Assembly: GCA_001724265.1 (NCBI GenBank)
Contig: MEDY01000098.1
Location: 1-64,000, forward strand
Direction of reading: 5' to 3'
DNA from: Rhizaria sp. SCN 62-66
Taxonomy: Eukaryota
Length of the DNA stretch: 64,000 nt
This document shows, one piece after another, positions 36,160-48,302 of this stretch. A program made the position numbers and the translations under genes. The first letter of the stretch is position 1; every line of letters begins with the position of its first letter. The notes under the pieces were generated by a model. The model ran no database searches, was not told where the DNA came from, and worked only from the letters and a program-made list of their open reading frames with translations.

Positions 36160-36654
36160 TCACTTAGCAAGCTGCGCGGCAAGAGCGCGCTCGAGAGCGG
36201 CCGCGAGCGCGAGATCAGTCTCGCCCTCACCGCCGACGAGAGCAGGCAGATTCACACTGAGGAACACAGGCACGCCAGCGCGCTGCGTCAACCGGCGCGC
36301 GAGCGCGAGCGCGAAGTCGTCCGCCGACGCCAGCGCGTCCGAAACGCCGCCGCCGGACGCGCGCAAGGTAGACGCGACCGCGGGCTGCGCTGCATATGGC
36401 GTGGGCTCGGCCACGGGGCCGGGGCGAGAGAAAGCGGGGAGAGCGGTGGCAAGGTGGTCGGCGACGTTAGAGGCCTCGCCGAGCCAGATGTAGCGCGCGC
36501 GGGGCAGGGAAACTACGGTGCCGTGCACGAGCTGGTTGTCAATCAGGTGCAGTGTGAAGGAGGAGACCGCAGGAGGTTCAGGGCAGCCCTTGTGGGACTT
36601 TGAGGCGGTATTTGATGCGGCCGTGGGGGTAGAGTCAGAGGACGCGACTTGCAT
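36160..36654 (-). CDS. Probable proteasome assembly chaperone 4 (PAC4/PSMG4)-like protein, 164 aa
   Basis: YIWLG...LATALP...LARRLTQRAGVPVFLSVNLP...LERAL fits the PAC4/Poc4 pattern and size. TGA stop. Confidence 0.7.
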   Translation of the reverse strand: MQVASSDSTPTAASNTASKSHKGCPEPPAVSSFTLHLIDNQLVHGTVVSLPRARYIWLGEASNVADHLATALPAFSRPGPVAEPTPYAAQPAVASTLRASGGGVSDALASADDFALALARRLTQRAGVPVFLSVNLPALVGGEGETDLALAAALERALAAQLAK

Positions 36655-36985
36655 ACCCTGTACAGAGCAGCGAAACTGAGTTACGGTGAGGTAATAGAAA
36701 TCAAGAGAAATATAACAAGTAGTATAGCGATCGATTTCGGGTGTATAAGAGCTATTTACGAAACAATGGTAGATATCAGTATTGTCAAAATGGGCGTGGC
36801 AAAGTCAATCCAGAGAGCGGCAATCCAGAGAGCGGCAAGAGAAGAGGAGTAGGTACGAACAGAACTGTTGTATTCATGCGGAAACTACGTAGTGCGATGT
36901 CTGCTTAGAAGTCATAATCGCGGGTAATAACTTCCACATCCCGAAAGAGTCGTTATAAGATACTTGAGACAGAGTGGCAAGCAAC

Positions 36986-37694
36986 TTACGCGGTCTCCTC
37001 CTCAGCGGCCTCAGTGGAAGCAGCAGCCTTGTAGGGCTTGATGGCGTAGGAGGTCTTGCCAGTGGCGATGACGCGGCAGTGATCACGGAGGAGGTTCTTC
37101 TTAAGGAACTTCTTGGTGAGGTACTTGACGTAGCGCTTGGACATAGCAGACTTGGAGGAGAGGGTGAGGTCAGTCTCGGTGGAAGCGAGGGTGACGTTGG
37201 CACCGAGGTCGCCGGCACGGCCGCCCTTCTTGGCCTTGATGTGGGCCTGGAGGTACTGCTCGAAGGCAGGGAGGTCGAAAATCTCGGCGTTGACGACGTC
37301 AGCGCACTTGATGACGTACTCGACGCTGGAAGTAGCGGCGGCGGTCTTGGCGAGCTTGGCGGCAGCCTGAAGATGAAGAAGCGAAGTGGCCGATCGGGGC
37401 GAACGAAGAGTAAGGATAGGACAAGAGGGCACAAAGTCGGGTCAGGTGAGGAATGTGCGTTCACCAACAGGTACATAAGAGGCGGGGCAGGATGGGGCAT
37501 AAACCAAATGAACAGAAATACGGGATCCAGAGGGCGCAAAGGCCGCGCAGAGACGCATCTGGACGGAGCAAGTCGCACCCTCTATCAGCGCCGCAAACAA
37601 AGCCTCATACGCAAGCCCATCGGCCGCAGCACACAAAAGATGAATATGAAAAGCAAGAGACCGAGCGTACCTTCTTCTGGGAAACAGTGGACAT
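36986..37694 (-). CDS. RPL22: 60S ribosomal protein L22 (eL22); exons 37694-37671 and 37366-36986
   Basis: MSTVSQKK|AAAK...FEQYLQAHIK...SKRYVKYLTKKFLKKNLLRDHCRVIA. GT-AG intron in phase 0. TAA stop. Confidence 0.95.
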
Positions 37695-38043
37695 AGTTCT
37701 GTTTTGCTTAATGAGCAGCAAACCTTCCTCGCAATCCACCTCATGAGATGACCCCTCGCGCAAACCGAGCTTGTTGGCCGACGAAAAATATTTTTCATTT
37801 TTTCGGCCCCCCTGTCTCACCGCGATCACCCATTTTTCGGTCCGACGTAGTCGCGTTAATAGAATAATGAGCCTATATCTCGTCATCCTCTTATTAATAA
37901 TGCACTAATGTATCAAAAATTCATAATGAAATCACGTATATATTCTAAATGTAAAACTGAACTTCGCCCACTGTGTTTGGATCCCAGACATATCTTCTCA
38001 GAAGAAGTCTGGAGTCAAACAGCAGCTTGCTTGCGCCTCATGA

Positions 38044-41000
38044 TCAGTAGGGCTCCGCGTTGACGACTCGCAGTGCACCATTGCGCTCAACAGCCATGAA
38101 GACACGCATCTCCACTTCCCTCGCTTCACTCTCGCTCGACATCACACCGTTATCGTCATCATCGTCTGTAGCATAATCGCCGCCGTTGTTGTTACTGATG
38201 TGTGCAAGACACTGTGCCCTTGCGTCATCTGCGGAAGGGTGCAGACCGTAGAAAGTGTACTCGCGCCGCACGGGCCGCACAAACACAACCTGCGGCGGCT
38301 CAAGCACCAGCATCGTCTGCGCTTGCTGCTGTTGTGCTGACGACTGCGCGAATTGAGCTTGCTTTTGGTACCGCGTGCGAGCGAGTGCTGCTGCCGCGGT
38401 CGATTGCTCTCCAGCGATTACTGCAGCAGCGCGCGCCAACGCCCCGCGCGCAACACCTGCTCCCGCGGCCGCCACCGCCGCGCCCCTGCCCAGCCCACTG
38501 CTGCTGTCGCTGCTAGAGTCGTTACTAATGCAATTCGCACTAGCGGCCCAGGGGCAGTCGGCGACGGTGAGCGGGCGCGCGGTGGGCACGAGCGCGGCGG
38601 CGGCGTCAAAGAGACTGGCAACGCGGCGCCGCTCAAGCCACGCTGCGAGCGCGAGCGGGGTCAGCCGGCCGCCGGCCACCGCCGCAGTCACCGCGGCCAC
38701 TGCGGCCGCGGTCGAGCTCGACGACAAGCCGGCCGCGGGGGCCGCTGCGGCCGCGGGGACAGGCAGCGGGAGCGAGGGCGGGAGTGGGACCGGTGCGGTG
38801 GCCGTGGCGGAGTTGAACGAGTGTCGCGCGAGCAGGCGGGAGACGGACGCTGAGGTGACTTGCGCAGAGGCACCGATGATGACGGCGGCGGCCTCGTCGT
38901 CGTCGGTCGCATGTGCACTCGAGTTGGCGCTCGATGTGGCGCTCAAGCCAACCTTACCGCCGCCGCCACGTTGCTGTGTCGCAGAGTCATGGCTTGAAGA
39001 CGAGCTGGAGCTCGAGCTTGCGATCGTGATCGATCCCGAGCTTGGGTTTCGTGAGTGCTTGCCGACGCTGTTGGAGTTGTTTGCGGCAATCGGCACGACG
39101 GGCACCAGAGAGAGAACGGTGTCGTCAGCAGCGGCCGAGGCGCTCTCGAGCGCGAGCAGCGCTGTCGGCCGCAGCAGCCGGTCGGCCAGCGCGGGACAGT
39201 CTGGGAACAGCTGCAGCAGTGATGCCCCGCGCGCGCACATAATCTGAATGTAGAAAAACACAATTAGACAACATAATTTGTAAAAAACATCAATGAAAAA
39301 ATGTCTTTTTGTTACTTATAACGTTTTACTCATCACGCTCAATATACTTAATATTATTCTGGCAAAGACAACGTACCTCTGCCTTCGCGAGCGCGTCTAC
39401 GGCGTTCTGGATGTCGAGCTCAGCCTCCTCACCCTCCAGGAACCTTTCCTCGCCATCAATCCCCCCGCGGTGCGCGGCCGCGTGCGCGGCGGACTGTGTG
39501 GTGGGGCTTGAGAGCGCGGCGACAAGCTGCTGCGCGTGCGACGGTGAGTGGCTGTGTGCGTAGCGCGCCCACGCGCTGGCTGCCGCGGCAAGCGGCGCCA
39601 CGGCCGCGGCCACGGCGGAGCGCACTTGCGGGATACCCAGGGCAAACGCAACCATCGAGCACGGCGGAACAGCGGTACTGGTGGCCGAGGCAGTCACTGC
39701 GCAAGTGTGGGTGCGACTGTGAGCGGCGGAAGTGACCGTGGGCGCGGGGGCAACGAGGATCGGAGTGCCGATGGGCAGTGACGTCACCGCGAGCAGTCGC
39801 GCCGCCACAGCCGCAGGCGGCGCGGGCACAAGAACAGACTTGGCACCTGCAGAGGCCTCTGCAGTCGCCGTTGACTGTGACGGTAGAGTTGACGCGGCGA
39901 CAGTGATCGGCGCCATCGCGCGGGGTGGGAGATCCAGAGGCATGTAGGTCAGCAGCGGGTCTGTGCATGACAGCACGCCCAGCGCCGCGTCGCCTGCCAG
40001 CGCCAGCAGTGCGGCCAGAAGCGCGCCCAGTGGCAGCGACGTCTGTAAATTTAGAAAACATCAAAACAAGATCACAAGCATCCATTAGACATTAGAATGA
40101 GTAAAAACAAAGTGCACTTTCGCAAAAACGTCGAAGTAGTGTCGGAGATGCGTACCATGTAGTGCAAGGCCTTCTCGGCCTCCGCGACAGGCTCCCAGGC
40201 CTGCGCTCCAATAAGCGCAAGCGCACCAGATGTCGCAACTGCCGCGAGGGCTTCCGGTGCAACCGCGGTCAACGGCGGTGCAGAGGCCCACAGCAGCGGG
40301 TGCTCCGTGAGTGCGGCGGCGGGCACGGCGAGGCGCCAGAGCCGCAACCAGGGGCTGGAAGCGACACGCATGCGCGGCGACACGAAGCGCACAGACTGCG
40401 TTGCTAACTCGTGCGCCAATGACTGCAAGAAACAAAGGTGAACAAATCGGCATGAGTTAACAACAAGAAAAAAGTCGAATCGGAAAATACGAACATGCCG
40501 CAATAGATAATGTCAACCTCAAGCATAATGTGCTGACAAATGTTAATATAGCGACGTACGTCTTCCTCTGCTGCAGCGGCCGTTGCAGCGAACTGCGGCG
40601 GCATGGTGGGCGCGTTAAGCGCCGCCAGCGCCTGCCAGGGCCCCGCGCTGGGCGCGGCTGCGAGAACTGAGGCGAGCGCCCTGTCACCGCCCTCCATGCT
40701 CAGACCTTCGTCGTACACGCCCAGACACGCCGCGCACCATGCCGTAGCCCCTGCTGAGTCAGCAGGTGACTGTGAGCCTGAAACAGATGACTGCGAGCTG
40801 GGACTGGTGCTGGTGAAGGCGCCGCAGCGGCACGCCAAGGCGTCCGCCAGCGAGTGACCGTAAGCACCACTCCCAGTCGCAGCGGGGTGGCTGTGAGCAG
40901 GCGCGCTTAGCGTGGGCAGTCCGGCGGCGGGAACCAACAGATCTTGCGGTGAGCACCAGCGCAGGAAGTCGGCAAACACGCAGCCCGGATTCGCAGCCTT

Positions 41001-44000
41001 GAAAGCGCTCATATCGCGCAGCAGTTCCGCCTCATCAGCGCCAATCGGGCCCAGCGACTGCGTCAACCGCGACTGCGGCTGCTGCTGCTGCGGGGACGTC
41101 GCGGCGGCGTCTGCAGCGGCGATCGCGGTGAGCGCGGCGACGTCGCGCTCAGCGAGGGAGAACGCCGTGACTGGCCGCGGCGGGGGCAGCGCGGGTACCC
41201 ACAGCGGGCGCGACGGGAACGCGCACAGTGCCGCCACGCCGCCAGTGAGCGAAACAGCGCTACTATTAGTTCTAGCAGTGACAGAGCCGCTGTTGTTGTT
41301 GTTGGCGGGTATGGGGATGACTGGGAGCAGTGCGGCGCGGCCACGGGGCAGCGCGCGGGGGAAGCAAGGGGTGTCGGTCGCGATCAACGCGACGGTTGGC
41401 GCAGAGGACGCTGAGGCAGACGCGGAAGCAACGACGGCTGCAGCGGCAGCAGTCGACGCAGCAGCGGCAGCATTGTTCGCTGCGGTAACGGCCTCAGATG
41501 AAGCAGAAGCAGCGGCGGAGACAGAAGCTGCGGGCAAGGTAGGCAGCGGGGAGGTGGGAGACATGGGGTCAAAGAACTCTTCATCGTCTTCACTGTCAGC
41601 ATCAGTACCATTGGAATTCGCCAAACTAGCCCCGTTCTCAGCGCTCTTGCTCGCGGCCGCATTATTCGCACTCGTAGCAGCAACAGCGGCACTAAGTGCG
41701 GCATTCGCGCTCGCACTATGCTTGCGTCCACCTTCGCCGTCGCCGTCAGAGCCTGCTTCGGAGCCTGAATCGAGGTCGATGTCCGCGTCAGCATCGGCGG
41801 CAGGCCGCCGCACAAAGCGCAGCAACGCCTCGGTACTGTCGTCGTCGTAGTCGATGTCTTCATCGTTCGCGTTAGCAGCGGCGTTGGCACGGGCGCTCGT
41901 ATTGGTGTTAGATCTCCTGCTCGCACCTACCGCCATCTTAGTCACTTGCTGCGGCTATGCTGGCTGCTGTGCGCTCGGAGACAGCTTTTGCGGAGCCGCG
42001 TCAACGCCCACTGGCGCCATCATCGCTGCCGCATCACTGCCACCGCCCTCTTTCCGTTGACGCTGACCAGCGTGACCATGGCCGTGGCTGTGACCGCGCG
42101 CGCCGCTCGTGCGCGCTGCAGCCATGGCCCTGGCAGCCTTGGCCGCAGACCCGGCGGCCGCGGCACGGACAGCAGCCACACCCAACGCCGTCTCAAGCGC
42201 GCCCCCGCCGCCCGCAGTCTCTGTCTGCGCGCCGCTTCCCGCCGCCGTGCGGGCAGCCAGACGCGTGCGGCGGCGCGTCTCCGCGACGGCGTCGGCGATC
42301 GCCGACACAGCGGAGGACAGCGCAGCGGCGGGCGAGTCGGGCGCGGCGGCCGCGGTGCTGGCGGCGTAGGCGGGGCCAAACGGGGAGCAGAGCGCGGTCG
42401 CACACGCGCTTGCGGCGGTCATCCCCGAGTGATGTGTCGGTGCAGAGCTTGTGGTGTTGGGGGCCGTAAGACCGCGGAGCTGCAGAACGTCGGCAACGCC
42501 GCAAATCGCGACAACGCCAGAATCAGCTCCCGTAGCAGCGCCCGCACCAGCGATGCCAGCGGCCCTGGAAGTGTGGGTCGGAAGCATAGCTGTGGCGGCA
42601 GCAATGTCAGGCAGCATCGTTGACGGAAAAAGGGGCGCATGCGGCAGCGGGACGCCGGCGCGTGCGTAGCTTGTAAGCTCCGAAGTTAAGCCGCACCATA
42701 GCGCAGCAAGGCGCCGCAGCGAGAGCCCGCCCCCGCCAACGATCTGCTTATCAGCCGGATCATCGTCATCGTCGCTTTCATCGTCTTCAATATCACTGCC
42801 GTTAGGATTCGCGGAGTCAAGCCCAGCGTCGCCGTCGGGATTCGGCTCAGTGCTGTGTGCGCCGCTGCTGCCGTGACCAGTCACGGGCTTGGGGACGGAC
42901 TTCGCGCGGCGCGTGCGCGTCGGCGTGACTAAGTACCTGGCATCGAGCCGAAGTACTTCGAGCACCCAGCGAGTCAATACTCCTCCGTACGGCGCCACAG
43001 GCGCCCACAGCTGTCCCGTCCATCCGCGCTGCCGCGCTTGCACCGCCGTCAAGCCAGTCGCGACACCCGCCTCGCCCATAGTAGCTCCCGCAGCGGGGAC
43101 CGTGAGCGGGGGAACCTGGGCAAGGCTCGCGTGCACAGTGCCGTATCCCGCGGCAGGCGCGGCTAACAGCAGACGCGCAAGTGCGCTCTGAGATGCCGGG
43201 AGGCCAACCGCAGCAAGTAATACCGGTGACAAACCGTGCGAAGCCGCCACAGAGTCGGCGGCGTCGGTACCGTCGTCCGACTGTGATGGCGAAGACTGAG
43301 GCAGCGGCCAGTTGTCGAGAAACACAGCGGCCGTGGCGCGCGCGACTTCCTGCGGTCCCGGTGCGACACCTAGCGCCGTGTCGAGCCGCACCACGGCCAG
43401 CGCGTCGCTCACGGTCGCGCTCACGGTCGCGCCGACAGTTGCGCCCACAGTCGCGGACAGAGTCGATGCGGCGCGCGCGGTCAGCGATGACAGACGCGAA
43501 CCGACGCTGGCGGAACTCGCGCTGTGCGGCTGCTGCTGGCGCTGCTGCGGAGTGAGGCTGTCACTGTCGTCGTTGTTATAATCACCCCCGTCACTGTCCT
43601 CGCCCTCGGCTTCGCTGGAGCTCGAGCTGGCAAGAGAAGGCATGTCACCACTGTTGATGCTGAACATGAAGTTGCTGCTATCAGCCTTGCTACTGCTGCA
43701 GTCCTTGCTCCTCTTGCTCTTAGCGGTCTTCTTGGAGACGTGATCGCGGCTACTCGCGGCACTACTACTGCCGCGCGGCTCGGCTTGCTGTTGCTGCTGC
43801 TCCTGCTCCTGCAACTTCTACTGCTGGCGCTGCTGGCGCTGCGTCCAGTTGGTCTTGGCCCTCTTGGCCGCCACCAGGGCGCGCGCGCCCGCAGCCACGT
43901 CGGCGGCCGGCACCGCGAGCAGGCCCCACGCGCGCGCGGCGCGCAGCAGCGGCGGCAGCGCGCACAGTGCGGTCGCAAGCGCCGGCGGGTGCGGGGCGGC

Positions 44001-46616
44001 GCGGGGCCGCCGACCGCGCGCGCCCGCTGCGCCCGCGCTGCCGTCGCCGTCGGCATCGTCGTCGTCGCTGTTGCTGTCGCTGCCGTTGTCACTGTCGTCG
44101 TCGTCGCTGCTGCCGGTGTCGTCGGCGCTGTTACTGTTGTTGCTGCTCCCGTTGCTATTGCTGCTGCCCGTCTTGGTCCAGTGCGCTGTCAGCAGCCACA
44201 CAGGAGCCTCAGTCGCCGTCCTCGCGCCGCCGCCTGTCGCGCTCGACGTCGCACTGGCGGCGCTCATGCTCGCAGTCGACGCAGCGCCCGCCTCTGCAAA
44301 AGAGCCTGACGCGCTGTTGTAGTAATGCGGGCTGTTGTACATGCCGTGAGCTGTTCCGGGCACGAACCGCGGCGCCGCGGCGGCGTGCAGCGACACGGCA
44401 GCAAGCGGGTCCGTCAACGGGCCCCACGACGCCGAGAGCGTGAGCGCGCGGTCCGCCGCCGCCGGGTCGCGCCACAGCGACGCCGCGGGCGCGAACGGGG
44501 GCAGGCGCCGCGACGCAGCGGCCGCGGCCGCGGCGGGCCAGGCGGACTGCGCGCGCGACAGCAGCGGGGACTGCAAGAGCGCGAGCGACTGGGCGAGCGA
44601 GTGCGCGGGCTGCAGCAGCGTGGCCGCGGCGGCGTCGGCGGCGGCGCCCGCGCGCGCCTCGGTCTCGGTCGTTGCCGTAGGGAACAGGAGCGACCGCAGC
44701 AGCGGCGGCGGCAGCAGCAGTGGGCGCCGCGCGCGCAAGCGCGTCGCGACGGGGAGATACCGCGCTGCCTCGGTGTCGGTGAGAGTGCCGGACGCGCCGC
44801 GCTTGCCCGCCTTGCCGCTGCTGCTCCCGCCGTTGGTGGGCCGCTTGCGGCTCAATGCAGCAGCGGTGGCGGCAGCGGTGTGTGCGGCGACGGACGACGC
44901 AAGCGCGGCATTCGCAGCCGCACTCGTCCCGGAGCTAGCGTGGGACTGAGAGCTGTTAGTTGCAGAGTGAAATAAAGCAACGGCGGAGTCCGCAGCGGCC
45001 GCAGTAGTCATGTAGGCATTCTCAGTAAAAGAGACAGAATACACAGAGCTTTCAACAATCACGACGTCACTCGTCGTGTCTGCGGAAATAGCGTTGAGCG
45101 ACTGCGAATGCAACTGGTTTTGCTGTGTGCGACGCTGCTTTGCAAGCATTGCGGCAAAAATAGCTGTCAAATCAGCAACGTCATTGCCACTGCCTGCAAC
45201 ACTCTTGTGCTTGCTGCTGCTTGACTGGGGCGGCGGCCCGACAAGCCTGACCGTGAGCTGTGCCGGCGCCACTGCCGCGGGCGACACAATCGCACCAAAG
45301 CTAAGCCGCATCCAGGGCTGACCCAGCGGTGTGAGCAGCGCAAGCGGCACGGGCCACAGCGGCTCCGCGCCCAGGCCTCGCTTGCCGGAGCTATGCGCAC
45401 TGGCGGGGTTGGTGCCGGCGGCGGGGACGACGAGAGACCGCTCTGCCGCGAACGCGGCTGTGGTGGCCAGGGAGAGCGCAGACAGCAGCGCCAGAGCTAC
45501 GCCGCGCTCGGCCTCGGTCGGCGCGCCGCCCCGCGCAGCACCGCGCGACCGGGACCGCGAGTGTGCGCGCGAGTGCGAGTGCGCGTGCGGCTGTTGGGCG
45601 GCGAGCTGTTGTGAGGACGACAGTGCGTTTGCGAGCGACTGCGAGCGCAGCAGACGGCGCAAGCGGCGCGAAGGAGTGAGCGTGAGCGTGCAGTGCGCGC
45701 CCAGCCACCGCGCGGCGTCGGGAGCGTCTCGGGGGTGCGCCGCGCTGCCCACGCCCACGTTCACGGTCACACCGCTCGCGCCGTCGCTCCTGCCGCTGCC
45801 GTCGTCGCGGCTGCTGCTGCTGTGGCTGTGGCTCACGGTCACCACGGGGACTGCGCTGGGCAGGGCAGGGCCGTGGACAGCGCCGCCGCTCGAGCTACTG
45901 TGGCTGCTGACAGAGGCCGTCGCAGCCGCGAGCGAAGCAGAGCCCTTGTGGCTGCGGTCGGCTTGGTTGCTGCTTGCGCTGTTGTTGTCGACCACGTGCT
46001 TGAGGCCGTGAAAGACGGGGGACTCGCTGCTGGCCCACAGCGACAGCACCACGCTCGCGCCCGCGCCCCACGCGCGGCCCTTAGAGGACCCTGCCCCGCT
46101 CCGCGCAGTGATGCTGCCATTGCCGCTGATGTTCGTGATCGAGTCGGGAGCGAAAGCAGCCGCGAAGCCGGGAGGAAGCGGGATGCGTCGAGAGCGCTGA
46201 ATCGACGTCAGAAACGCGTCGCTCGACGTCGCCGTGCTTGAGCCTGACGTCTGTGACTGCGCCTTGGGGTTGGCAGCACCGAAGCCGCTGTGGGCGGAAG
46301 AGAGACGGCCGGATGGGACGAGGAAGGCTCCCCACTGCCTCAGGGCGCGCTCGACGTCGGTGGCAAGGCGTTCGAAAGGCGTTACGGAGGAAAAGTCGTG
46401 GATCTCAAAAGGCGTGGTCGCTGCAGAGGATGGCGCAGGCGCGGGGGTGAAAGCCGGCGGCGCAGAGACGGGAGCCGTCGCGGCAGGGGCAGGGGGAACA
46501 GGGTGAATCGAAGCAGCAGAGGGAGCGCTGGTGAACACGGGGGGCGCAGATGCCGCTGAGAAGGGCGGGGATAGCGGCAGCAAGGACGCTAATGCTGTTG
46601 GGGAGACGCCCTCCAT
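38044..46616 (-). CDS. RAB3GAP1: Rab3 GTPase-activating protein catalytic subunit-like (~2729 aa); exons 46616-40560, 40422-40156, 40042-39377, 39243-38044; two in-frame TAGs in exon 1
   Basis: N-terminal FEIHDFSSVTPFERLATDVE, central LAALWCGLTSEL, catalytic LLRDMSAFKAANPGCVFADFLRWCSP, SPRM..W..W, EAEKALHYM and C-terminal REYTF...MRVFM, in the expected order. Three tracked ORFs are joined in one frame by TAG 43818-43820 and TAG 41955-41957. All exon lengths are multiples of 3. TGA stop. Confidence 0.85.
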
Positions 46617-48062
46617 AGTGCTGCAAGAGGTTAAGGTTAGGAGTGAGAGAGCAACCGAGAAGAGAGGTGTGCCTCGTGTCCTGAGAAGATAAGAGAGTCT
46701 GGAAAGAGAAAACATAGGATAGCAAGAGACAGGGTCCGTCAATAGGAGTGTTAAGCAAATGCTCGGATAAAATAGCCCCAAGAAATCATGATTTCAAATT
46801 ACCCTCTCATGCAATCAACTCACGCTGCATTCAAGCTTATTTCAGCTGAATCACAGATCACTGACTCTGGATCGACCACAAACGGAAAGTGCTCCTGCAA
46901 GGAACACTCGTTTGAGGTCATTTTCAAGTCATATCGTCATGTTACTAATATCTCTTAGGGTTAAAAATGCTTATTAATGCGTCTTTTTACATTGATAAAC
47001 ATGATATCTAAGAAAATACATTTCTGGAAAAAGTCGTTTCAGTTTGGCCGATATTTTTATCGATCGTCGGAAATCACGATTGTTCAAGTTGCGGAGGAGA
47101 AAATTGAATTTGACGTAGTTATCGACGAAAAATCGTTTTATTCAAAAGTAGCACAACTATTAATTACAATAAATTGTTTCATACAACATACAGCCGGATT
47201 ATCTCTATAACTTTTAAGTTGTGCGAGATACACGCTTGATTGGGAGTTTTACAGTCAAGTGACTGGCGAAGTGACAGGCGAAGTCATAAATATAATTCTT
47301 AGTCATGTAGAAAGGTTACATTGTGTATCAGTGTATCATATGAGTCAAGTGTTTCTTGCGCGTCTGCGCGCTATATTCTAGGTTACCGCTTCAACAGCGG
47401 CTGGTTGGCTATGTAGAAAACGCTTCTAGCGACACTTGCAGCGCACACAGTGAGTTAGCGTGCTAGAGCGATCGAGTATTACATTTGAAGCACACAGCAC
47501 GCGTTGGAAAAGGGGTTACTGTGACACACCCAACAAAGAGTGGGGCGATTACGAGGAAGACGAAATGGCGATGCGATAAATAGAGCAGCAGAGCGAAGCG
47601 AAAGCAGAGAGGTAGAATAAACATATCGAAAAGAAAAAGCAATCAAACAAACGAAATGAAACTAAGAGTATTCTAAATGAATGACACAGATTAACACAAC
47701 GTGAAATATTAGACATTACTGATTACGATATATACAGTACAGTCGTGCGACACACAAAACACAGTTAAAACAAGGCAGTAGTGCTGCGGCGATGATGTAC
47801 AGTATAGGGAAGAAGGCAAACATGGTTGTGGCCACCAATGAGGCGACACACATCACAGGAAGGGTGATGAACAAGAACAGGAAAATACAGGAATAGTGGA
47901 TGGATTTCCGAAATATACAAAATAAACACACGAATATCCGCTTTCACGTTTGTCGTTGCAAAAACAACTGCGCGTGATGAACGACAAACGTAAACAAAAA
48001 ATACGGATGATACGGTATGGCGAATACGTTCGCTGTTAGAAGGAACTTAAACTTAATCGCGG

Positions 48063-48268
48063 TCACATGTCGAAATGGTACGAGTTTGCGAGCGCGGCGT
48101 CGAGCGTCACGCCTGTCAGCGACGCGCCGCGGCGGTGGTGTTTGCCCTGACTGGGCTGCCGTCGGTGGCCACCACCGGGGCTGTGGCCTCCGAAGCTGGG
48201 GCTGGAGGGGCCGCCGCTTTCGGGGTTGCCGGGGGCGCTGGAGCCGGAGCGCGGGGACCCCGGGGACA

Positions 48269-48302
<34 letters not shown>

